From: Myxococcota bacterium
GTDB lineage: Bacteria > Myxococcota_A > UBA796 > CAJQPC01
Assembly (NCBI GenBank): GCA_036012755.1
Contig: DASCPX010000085.1
Span: 1 to 30,616 of the forward strand
DNA length: 30,616 nt
Reading direction: 5' to 3'
The translations under genes were made by a program, and so were the position numbers. The notes under the pieces were generated by a model. It did not search any database. It was not told the DNA's origin and worked only from the letters and a program-made list of their open reading frames with translations. Below are positions 1 through 7,315 of this stretch, piece by piece. Within the stretch, counting starts at the first letter, position 1. Every line of letters starts with the position of its first letter.

Positions 1-2
1 GC

Positions 3-140
3 CAGACGAGGTTCTCGAAGAGGCACGGGATGTCGACGACGACGCTGGGCCGTTGGCTGCGCGAGTTTCCCGAGGGTGCGGCCTTCGTGGAGGTCACCGC
101 CCCGTCGCTGACGGCCGAGTTGGTGCTGGAGTTCGACCGA
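3..140 (+). pseudogene. tnpA: IS66 TnpA (accessory HTH protein) fragment, 5' end outside window
   Basis: Frame +3 reads QTRFSKRHGMSTTTLGRWLR...AAFVEV, the typical IS66 TnpA HTH followed by the FVEV motif. Similarity appears to end near 140 and no tnpB follows. Confidence 0.7.
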
Positions 141-185
141 GGAAAATCGACTAGACCTTTCGCCGCCGGCAGGGTAGTCGTTGGC

Positions 186-1105
186 ATGTCCGCCCCCGAG
201 GAAATCGCCGCTCTTCGCGCCGCACGGTCGAAAGAAGCTTCCACCGAAGCTCCCGGTCCAGCGCCTACAGTTCACGGCCGAGCCTGGCGTTTGTGACGAA
301 TGTGGGGAAACTCTCGAGGTCTTCGGCGAGGACGTCTCCAGCCGTCTGGAGTGGGTCCCGGGCTACTTCAGGCGACTGGAGATCGCTCGCGAGAAGTGTG
401 CCTGCCCGAAGCACCCGGTCAGCGGCGTGGTGACCGCCCCGGGTCCTGCGTTCGCGATCGACAAGGGCCTGTGCGGCAACGGGCTCTTGGCCAAGGTGGT
501 CGTCGACAAGTACGCCGATCACATCCCGCTGAACCGACAGGTGAAGCGGTTCCGTCGCCAAGGGGTCGACGTTGCCCTCAGCACCATGTGCGACTGGGTC
601 CGCCTGGCGGCCGGCCACGCGAGCATGCTGGTTTCGGCGATGCTGGCGGAGCTGGTGGCCGGCGACTGGCTGCAGTCTGACGCGACCGGCTTCAAGGTCC
701 TCGAAGGCAGCCGGAACAAACCGCACCGTGGCCACCTCTACACGTGGGCCAACACCGACAGGGTCGTGTACACCTACGCCCGCGAGGGGACTGGCGGTCA
801 CCCCGCCGCAGTCCTCGCCGACTTCGCTGGGACGCTGGTCGCCGACGGCGGCGGAACACGACCGGGCCCATCCTGGAGGCCTTCAAGTCCTGGTGCCTGC
901 AGTTGAGCCTGGGAGCTCCGCCGAAGTCACCTCTCGCCAGGGCCGCGAACTACGTTCTGAATCAGTGGGAGAGCCTGGTCGTGTTCATCGACGTCGGCGA
1001 GATCCCCGCGCACAACAACCTCAGCTCGGAGGCTGGCCCGTCAACCGTGTCCTCGAGCTCGAGCCGGTGGCATGGCGCGCTCGGCGCCTATCCGACAACG
1101 CCTGA
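186..1105 (+). pseudogene. tnpC: IS66 TnpC transposase, fragmented across frames
   Basis: Pieces in order: MSAPEEIAALRA (186); HGRKKLP..CDECG..EDVSSRLEWVP..CACPKH (zinc finger)..DKYADHIPLNRQ..QSDATG..GTLVADGG; PILEAFKSWC..PKSPLARAANYVLNQW..HNNLS; GWPVNRVLELEPVAW (C-terminus, stop at 1105). Confidence 0.9.
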
Positions 1106-1117
1106 CCCCGCTCCCCT

Positions 1118-1136
1118 GGGTTCGCCGGAGGGATAC
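1118..1136 (+). repeat. IS66 right terminal inverted repeat (putative)
   Basis: Lies 12 bp after the tnpC stop and ends in TAC. Coincides with the point where sulfatase homology stops. The partner IR is not in the window. Confidence 0.7.
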
Positions 1137-2112
1137 TTTTTGCGGCGAAGAGGATCGTATCGAGGAGTCCGAGCTCCTCCAGGCGGCCCAGGCACTGGCC
1201 GAGCATCCAGTCCATGTAGGCGACGTAGCCCTGCTGACGCGCGATGATGCGTTGGAAGTGGCGGTCCTCGAGCCGATCCCAGCGCCGGTGCTCCATCAGG
1301 TTGCGCGCGGGCGCCGAGCGCCGCCAGCCCTCTCTGTCGATGTTGCTGGTGTCGATCTCGTCGGGGTCGAAGAGGAAGTAGTACTCCTCTGGCATCGAGT
1401 AGGGGTGATGCGGACCGAGGAGGCTGATGTTGACGAGCCAGCGCCCGCCTTGCTTCTCGAGGGTCTCCACCTGCTCCAGCCCCGCCTGCAAAAAAGCCCA
1501 GTCAGGGTCTGCGCTAAAGGGGCGGATGCGTCCGCCGAAGTCGTGGCCGGTGAGCCCCTCGATCTCCGCGAAGACCGCCTTGTCCTCTTCATCGAGCCAG
1601 CCGCGGCGGGCGTCCGTGTCCTCGTAGCGTGCCTTCACGGTCCCAAGGGACTCGCTGTTGCGGGTCAGGATCGCGTCGTAGCCCCAGGTGTTGCCGCCAG
1701 CTTCGGTCTCGTCGTTGTTCGTGTGCTGCTTGCCGTAGAGGTAGGAGGACAGGCCCAGGTCCCGCAGCTGGCCGACGGCGGTGGGCATCTCCTCGTGCAG
1801 GACGAAGTGGTTGTTGAGCTGGCCGTGGCTCTGTGGCGGCAGCGCGGTCAGGAAGGCGGCTCGGGCCGGCGCGCAGAGGGGGAACACCGCGTAGCAGCGG
1901 GCCAACCGCGTGGACTCGCGGACGAGCCGGTCGTAGTTCGGGGTCGGCACCACCGCCGAGCGCATCAGCTCGCTGCAGGCGCCGTCCAGGCCCAGCATCA
2001 CGACCCGGGGCCGGTCCGGAGGAGGCGTGGTCGTTGGAGTCTCCTCACGCCAGCCGGTTGCGAGCGCTGCAGAGCTGGCGAGCCCACCAAGGAAGTGGCG
2101 GCGAGTGGTCAT
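1137..2112 (-). pseudogene. Tat-exported formylglycine-dependent sulfatase-family hydrolase, 3'-truncated by IS66
   Basis: ATG 2112 with GGAGG RBS; MTTRRHFLGG Tat motif; CAPAR (CxPxR); YGKQH; GPHHPY; YVAYMDWMLG..LEELGLLDTILFAA then runs into IS sequence where the conserved (S)DHG is expected. Confidence 0.85.
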
Positions 2113-2162
2113 CGGGTCCTCCGCTGGACCCAACATCCTTCGGCCCGACCCCCAGGTCGCTC

Positions 2163-3173
2163 TCAGCTCGGCGTCGCTCCGGTGTCAGGGACCAGGTGGA
2201 TGATGACGACCTCTGGCCGGCACAGAAAGCGCAGCCTGGGGGCGTCGCGTCGCTCCAGCCCGACGCCGCGCGAGACGACGAGGTGGGTGTCGCCGAGCAC
2301 CGTGTGGCCATGGGTCTGGTCGCGAGGCAGCCTCGACAGCGTCATCAGGGGACCGAACAGCGGCAGCTGGACCTGCCCCCCGTGGACATGGCCGGCGACG
2401 ACCAGGTCGGCGTCGAGCCCCTTGGAGAGCACGAAGTCCGGGCTGTGGCCGAGGGCGACGTGGAAGGCGGTCTCCTTGGGGTGGTGGAGGCTGTCCGAGC
2501 GACTGTCATCAGAGTCCCAGGCCGTCACCACGAGGCCCGCGAGCTCGTGTCGCCCCGTCGAGGTCGACACGCTCGTGCCGTCGAAGACCGACTCCCAGCC
2601 GCTGCGGTCGATGTCCCCCTCGACCGCCACCCCCGGGTAGTCTCCGAGCCCGCCGATCCGCAGGGCGTTGTTGAGACGCAGGTGCTCCTCGGCCGTGTCC
2701 TCTGTCGGGGCCTGGATGTAGTCCCCGGCGTAGAGCACGAGATCCGGCTCCTGGGCTGCGACGGCTTCGAGGACCTCGCGCTCGTAGGGACCGACCTCGT
2801 CGGTCTGGATGTCCGCGACCAGGGCGATGCGCAGAGGGTCGCTGACCTTGGAGGTGTGGATCTCGACGTGGCTCACCTCCAGCGCCGTCGGCTCGACGAA
2901 GAAGGCGTCGATGGCGACCGCGCAGAGTGGCAGGGCGCCGAGGCCGACCCAGCGCGGCCCGAACCAGCCGCGGACCACGAGGCCCAGGGGCAGGAAGACG
3001 AACAGCGCCCAGGCGGCAGTGCGCATGAGGCCGAAGATCGAGGCTCCCGACAACGGCGTGAGGCAGATCGCGACGCCTGCCGCCGCAGCCACGCCGACCA
3101 GCGGCAGCCTCCGCCAGGCGCCGAGCCCGAGCCCGATGGTCATCACGATGATGTTCAGCAGGTCCAGGGTCAC
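2163..3173 (-). CDS. Membrane-anchored calcineurin-like metallophosphoesterase (YkuE/YaeI-like)
   Basis: N-terminal hydrophobic helices; ADIQ, AGDY, EGDID (GNHD variant), GHSPD, AGHVHGGQV, VSRGVG, PEV motifs. 4-bp overlap with the upstream GT2. Confidence 0.85.
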   Translation of the reverse strand: MTLDLLNIIVMTIGLGLGAWRRLPLVGVAAAAGVAICLTPLSGASIFGLMRTAAWALFVFLPLGLVVRGWFGPRWVGLGALPLCAVAIDAFFVEPTALEVSHVEIHTSKVSDPLRIALVADIQTDEVGPYEREVLEAVAAQEPDLVLYAGDYIQAPTEDTAEEHLRLNNALRIGGLGDYPGVAVEGDIDRSGWESVFDGTSVSTSTGRHELAGLVVTAWDSDDSRSDSLHHPKETAFHVALGHSPDFVLSKGLDADLVVAGHVHGGQVQLPLFGPLMTLSRLPRDQTHGHTVLGDTHLVVSRGVGLERRDAPRLRFLCRPEVVIIHLVPDTGATPS

Positions 3174-4114
3174 CGGACCACGTCCCTCACTCGGACCCGG
3201 TTCCGCCAGAGGTGGGCCCAGGTTTCCCGATCCGAGCGGACCCAGGTGTCAGCTCGCCGCTTCTCGAGGGCCGGACCCGCAGCGGCCAGGCCAGCGGTCA
3301 TGCCTCGGAGCGCCGCGCGTCGTGTCCCCGGTGGGACCTTCGCCGACCAGCCTCGGCCCGCGAGGGCAGCCGCGGACAAGCCAGCCAGCCGCAGCGTGGT
3401 CCACAGGGGCATCGTCAACAGCGCCCCGATGGGCAGGTTTCGCAGCGCCAGCAGCACGCGGTTGCGCTCGACGAGGAAGACCTTGTCCGCGCCGTAGCGG
3501 CCGTAGCTGCCGCCGAGCTCGTGCTCGATCACCGCCTCCGGCAGCCTGCGCAGGGGGAAGCCAGCGCGCCAGGCACGCAGGGACAGGTCGACGTCCTCGC
3601 CGAAGGCCTCGAGGTCCTCGTCGAAGTCGCCCACGGTCTCCAGGACACGCCTGTGGATCAGCATCGCGGCGCCGGAGCAGGCCCCGACCTCGCCGGCCAT
3701 CGCGTACTCGGGGCCGTCGTCGTCCTCGCGCCCGTGAGCCCAGTTGAAGCCGTCCGGGAAGAGCCCGTGGCCGACATTGTCCAGCCGCCCCGAGCCGTCG
3801 GCGAGCAGGATGCGGGGCTGGTAGATGCCGGGCTCGACCGCGCACCTGAGAGCGTCGGCGAAGCCCTCTCGGGCGCACGTGTCGTCGTTGAGCAGGAGCA
3901 GCCAGTCGCCGCTGGCCTGCTTGAAGCCAGCGTTGCTCGCCTTCGCGAAGCGCACGTTCTCGCCAAGGTCGACCACCCCTTCGACCCCCTCGATGTCGCA
4001 GGTGCCGGCCTCTGCGCTGACGACCACGAGGAGCTCGTCGACACCCTCCAGGGAGTCCACGCAGCGCCGCAGCCGGTCCCCTCCCACGTGCGTCACGACG
4101 ATGGCGCTGATCAT
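3170..4114 (-). CDS. GT2 glycosyltransferase (WbbL/rhamnosyltransferase-like subgroup)
   Basis: ISAIVVT, N.G-like ENVRFAKASNAG, LLLNDD, SGAAMLI, GDFDEDL..EDVDLSLR, ERNR motifs. Confidence 0.88.
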   Translation of the reverse strand: MISAIVVTHVGGDRLRRCVDSLEGVDELLVVVSAEAGTCDIEGVEGVVDLGENVRFAKASNAGFKQASGDWLLLLNDDTCAREGFADALRCAVEPGIYQPRILLADGSGRLDNVGHGLFPDGFNWAHGREDDDGPEYAMAGEVGACSGAAMLIHRRVLETVGDFDEDLEAFGEDVDLSLRAWRAGFPLRRLPEAVIEHELGGSYGRYGADKVFLVERNRVLLALRNLPIGALLTMPLWTTLRLAGLSAAALAGRGWSAKVPPGTRRAALRGMTAGLAAAGPALEKRRADTWVRSDRETWAHLWRNRVRVRDVVR

Positions 4115-4845
4115 CGGAAGATCCCGCTCTTGAAGCCCAGCCGCGCCGCTCGGAAGGCCGCCGCCGTCTTGAGCACGCCCAGCCCATAGGTGACGCTGCG
4201 GCCGAAGTCGATGGAGCTCGACTCGGGCTGGTAGCGGGCCGGGCAGCTGACCTCGCCCAGCCGGAAGCCCAGGTATGCCGCCTGGGCGAGCACCTGGTTG
4301 TCGAAGACGAAGTCGTCGCTGAAGTCGTCCAGGGACAGCGCCTCGAGCACGGGCCTCGAGAAGGCCCGGTAGCCCGTGTGGTACTCGCTGAGCTTGAGGT
4401 CCAACAGGACGTTCTCGACGGCGGTGAGCACCCGGTTGCTGACGTACTTGTAGAGCGGCATGCCGCCCTTGAGCGCCCCGGCCCCGAGCACCCGGCTCCC
4501 GAGCACGAGGTCGTACTGGGCGCTGGCCACCATCGAGGCCATGGCGGGCACGAGCAGGGGGCTGTACTGGTAGTCCGGGTGGAGCATGACCACGACCTCC
4601 GCGCCCTGTTCCAGAGCGGCGCGGTAGCAGGTCTTCTGGTTGGCTCCGTAGCCGCGATTGCGATCGTGCACGATCGTGTGGACCCCCAGGCTGCGCGAGA
4701 CCTCGACGGTCTCGTCCGTGCTGCCGTCGTCTACCAGCACGAGCCCGTCGACGGCATCGCCCGGGATCTCCTCGATCGTCCTAGCCAGCGTGCGCGCAGC
4801 GTTGAGCGCTGGGAGGACGACGATCAGGCGCTTGCCATGGATCAT
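4111..4845 (-). CDS. GT2 glycosyltransferase, DPM1/polyprenol-phosphate glycosyltransferase-like
   Basis: VVLPALN, LVDDGSTD, NRGYGANQK, HPDYQY, VLGSR, EYHTGYRAF, FVFDNQ motifs. Confidence 0.9.
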   Translation of the reverse strand: MIHGKRLIVVLPALNAARTLARTIEEIPGDAVDGLVLVDDGSTDETVEVSRSLGVHTIVHDRNRGYGANQKTCYRAALEQGAEVVVMLHPDYQYSPLLVPAMASMVASAQYDLVLGSRVLGAGALKGGMPLYKYVSNRVLTAVENVLLDLKLSEYHTGYRAFSRPVLEALSLDDFSDDFVFDNQVLAQAAYLGFRLGEVSCPARYQPESSSIDFGRSVTYGLGVLKTAAAFRAARLGFKSGIFR

Positions 4846-4854
4846 CTCGAGCCC

Positions 4855-4864
4855 AGGGTATCCT
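4855..4864. promoter_or_regulatory. Bidirectional overlapping -10 elements (TATCCT top, TACCCT bottom)
   Basis: AGGGTATCCT lies in the 25-bp gap between divergent starts. Predicted +1 sites fall at 4871 (GTG of rmlC) and about 4848 (3 nt before ATG 4845). Confidence 0.55.
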
Positions 4865-4870
4865 GTGCTC

Positions 4871-5419
4871 GTGGCGCTCTCCCCGGACGATCTGGACCCG
4901 GACTTTGCAGAGATCCTGCAGACGCAGCGCTACGCCCCGGGTCCGAGCATCGAAGGCGTCGTCGTCCACACCCTGCGCGAGCACGTCGATGAGTCGGGCA
5001 CCCTCGTCGAGCTGGGCCGCTTCAGCGAGGTCGGAGAGCTGCTCGATCTGCCTGGCTTCGTGCCCCGCCAGCTGAACTGGAGCCGGGTCGAGCCCGGCGC
5101 GGTGAAGGCATGGCACCTGCACCTTCACCAGGACGACGTGTGGTTCGTGCCTCCGCAGGGACGGCTGCTGGCGGGGCTGTCGGACACCCGCGCCGACAGC
5201 CCGACCCACGGGGTGCTGATGCGCCTGGTGCTCGGGGCCGGACGGGCCCAGCTGGTGCGCGTGCCGCGGGGCGTGGCACACGGCGTGGCGAACCTGTGGA
5301 CCACCGGCAGCGATCTGATCTACCTGGTCGACCAGACCTTCGACCCGACGGCCCCCGACGAGCACCGACTGCCGTGGGACGCCTTCGGCGAGGAGTTCTG
5401 GGCCCTGCGAAGGGGCTGA
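4871..5419 (+). CDS. rmlC: dTDP-4-dehydrorhamnose 3,5-epimerase family (RmlC-like cupin)
   Basis: IEGV, HVDESG.LVE, PGAVKAWHLH, DTRADSPT, VPRGVAHG motifs. Start re-called at GTG 4871 (alternative 4865) because the ORF-track start overlaps the opposite gene. Confidence 0.85.
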   Translation: MALSPDDLDPDFAEILQTQRYAPGPSIEGVVVHTLREHVDESGTLVELGRFSEVGELLDLPGFVPRQLNWSRVEPGAVKAWHLHLHQDDVWFVPPQGRLLAGLSDTRADSPTHGVLMRLVLGAGRAQLVRVPRGVAHGVANLWTTGSDLIYLVDQTFDPTAPDEHRLPWDAFGEEFWALRRG

Positions 5420-5420
5420 C

Positions 5421-6413
5421 GTGAAGGCCCTCGTGCTGGCGGGCGGGACCGGCTCTCGGCTGCGCCCGCTGACCCACACGCGCAGCAAGCAGCTGTTGCC
5501 GGTGGCTGGCAAGCCCATCCTCTTCCACGCCCTGGACGCGATCGCGGAGGCTTGCTCGGAGGCGGTGGTCATCGTGGGCGACACAGAGGCCGAGATCCGC
5601 GCCGCCTGCGCCGAGCACCCCCTCCCGCTGACCTTCGTGCGCCAGGAGGCGCCGCTCGGACTCGCCCACGCCGTGCTCACCGCTGAGGAGGCTCTCTGCA
5701 GCGAGCCCTTCTTGATGTTCCTCGGCGACAACCTGCTCGCCGCCAGCGTGAGGCCCTTCGTGGAGCGCTTCGAGGCGGATTGCCCGGACGCCCTGGTGTT
5801 GCTCGCGCGGGTCCCGGATCCCCAGCGCTTCGGTGTCGTCGTGCGGGACGCCCAGGGACGGGTCGTGCGCCTCGTCGAGAAGCCCGTGGTGCCGCCCAGC
5901 GACATGGCGCTGGTGGGCATCTACCTCTTTGGCCGCGCCATCTTCGACGCGGCCCGCAGCATCCGCCCCTCGAGCCGGGGAGAGCTCGAGATCACCGACG
6001 CCATCCAGCACCTCGTCGACGGTGGAGCCAGGGTCGAGGCAGAGGAGGTCTCCGGCTGGTGGAAGGACACGGGCAAGCCAGAAGACCTGCTCGAGGCCAA
6101 CCGTCTCGTCCTCGCCGATCAGGAGCCAGCGGTCCTGGTCTCGGACGGGGCCGAGGTCATCGACTCGGTCCTGCGCGGGCCGGTCCGCATCGCCGCGGGT
6201 TGTCGCATCGTCCGCAGCGTCCTCGGCCCGAACGTCGCGCTCAGCGCCGGCGTGGTGCTGGAGGACGCCCGGCTCTCTGATGCGATCGTGATGGAGGACA
6301 CCCGGATCACCGGGGTGTCGCTCAGCGGCTGCCTCATCGGTCGAGGGGCCTGCATCGAGCGGGGCGAGGCCAGCGTGGTCCTTGGCGACTCGTGCCGGGT
6401 GGTGATGCCGTGA
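5421..6413 (+). CDS. rmlA: Glucose-1-phosphate thymidylyltransferase, long form with C-terminal beta-helix
   Basis: LAGGTGSRLRPLT..KQL, QEAPLGLAHAV, LGDN, VEKP, RGELEITDAI, WKDTG motifs; hexapeptide-like C-terminus. Confidence 0.92.
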   Translation: MKALVLAGGTGSRLRPLTHTRSKQLLPVAGKPILFHALDAIAEACSEAVVIVGDTEAEIRAACAEHPLPLTFVRQEAPLGLAHAVLTAEEALCSEPFLMFLGDNLLAASVRPFVERFEADCPDALVLLARVPDPQRFGVVVRDAQGRVVRLVEKPVVPPSDMALVGIYLFGRAIFDAARSIRPSSRGELEITDAIQHLVDGGARVEAEEVSGWWKDTGKPEDLLEANRLVLADQEPAVLVSDGAEVIDSVLRGPVRIAAGCRIVRSVLGPNVALSAGVVLEDARLSDAIVMEDTRITGVSLSGCLIGRGACIERGEASVVLGDSCRVVMP

Positions 6414-7315
6414 GGGTGCTGGTCACCGGCGGCTGCGGCTTCATCGGCTCGGCGCTCCTACGCCTGCTCCACGCCAGGGGACACGAGGTCGTGAACCTCG
6501 ACGCCTTGACCTATTGCGGCTTCCGTCACAACAGCGAAGGCTTCGAGCACAGTTTCGTCCACGGAGACGTCTGTGACGGATCCACCGTGCGTGGTGCTCT
6601 CGAGGGGGTCGAGGTGATCTTCCACCTGGCCGCCGAGAGTCATGTCGATCGGAGCAACGTCGATCCCGCGCCCTTCGTACGCACGAACCTGCTCGGCACG
6701 CAGGTGCTCTGTTCTGCTGCGCTCGCTGCTGGGGTCCGGCGTTTCGTGCACGTCTCGACCGACGAGGTCTACGGCTCGATCGACGAGGGGTCGTTCACCG
6801 AACACAGTCCACTGAACCCCACCAACCCGTACGCCGCCAGCAAGGCGGGCTCGGATCTCCTGGTGCTCGCCGCCAACAAGACACACGGACTCCCGGCGAT
6901 CGTGACGCGCTGTACGAACAACTTCGGGCCTCGTCAGTACCCCGAGAAGCTGATCCCCCTCGCCATCACGAGGCTGCTCGCCGGCGAGCCAGTCCCGGTC
7001 TACGGCGACGGCCAGCAGGTGCGCGACTGGATCCATGTCGAGGACCACGCACGCGCCCTGGTGTCGCTGGCCGAGCGGGGCAGCCCGGGCGAGATCTACA
7101 ACATCGGCGCTCACAACACCCGCACGAACCTCTCGGTGGTCGAGGAGCTCTGCGATCACCTCGGCGGATCCTGGGTCAGCGTGCCCGACCGCCCGGCCCA
7201 CGACCGGCGCTACGCGCTGGACGCCAGCAAGCTCGCGGCCCTTGGCTTCGAGGCGCCAGCGCGCGACCTGAGCTCTACGGTCGAGTGGTTCGTGGAACGA
7301 TCGCTGCCGGGCTAG
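6410..7315 (+). CDS. rmlB: dTDP-glucose 4,6-dehydratase
   Basis: VTGGCGFIGS, DALTY, AAESHVDRS, STDEVYG, YAASK, PEKLIP, VRDWIHVEDH, RPAHDRRY motifs. GTGA overlap with rmlA gives start 6410. Confidence 0.95.
   Translation: MRVLVTGGCGFIGSALLRLLHARGHEVVNLDALTYCGFRHNSEGFEHSFVHGDVCDGSTVRGALEGVEVIFHLAAESHVDRSNVDPAPFVRTNLLGTQVLCSAALAAGVRRFVHVSTDEVYGSIDEGSFTEHSPLNPTNPYAASKAGSDLLVLAANKTHGLPAIVTRCTNNFGPRQYPEKLIPLAITRLLAGEPVPVYGDGQQVRDWIHVEDHARALVSLAERGSPGEIYNIGAHNTRTNLSVVEELCDHLGGSWVSVPDRPAHDRRYALDASKLAALGFEAPARDLSSTVEWFVERSLPG

Larger units (their letters stand above)
1..1136 (+). mobile_element. IS66-family insertion sequence remnant (left end outside window, several internal deletions)
   Basis: TnpA-like and TnpC-like segments in order, ending in GGGTTCGCCGGAGGGATAC (1118-1136), which resembles IS66 right ends (...GTTCGCCGGACGCTTAC-like). 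Confidence 0.9.

Noticed and set aside
1021..1136. C-terminal 38 codons of the 371-aa sulfatase ORF
   Set aside because: Read-through into the IS66 end, not sulfatase sequence.
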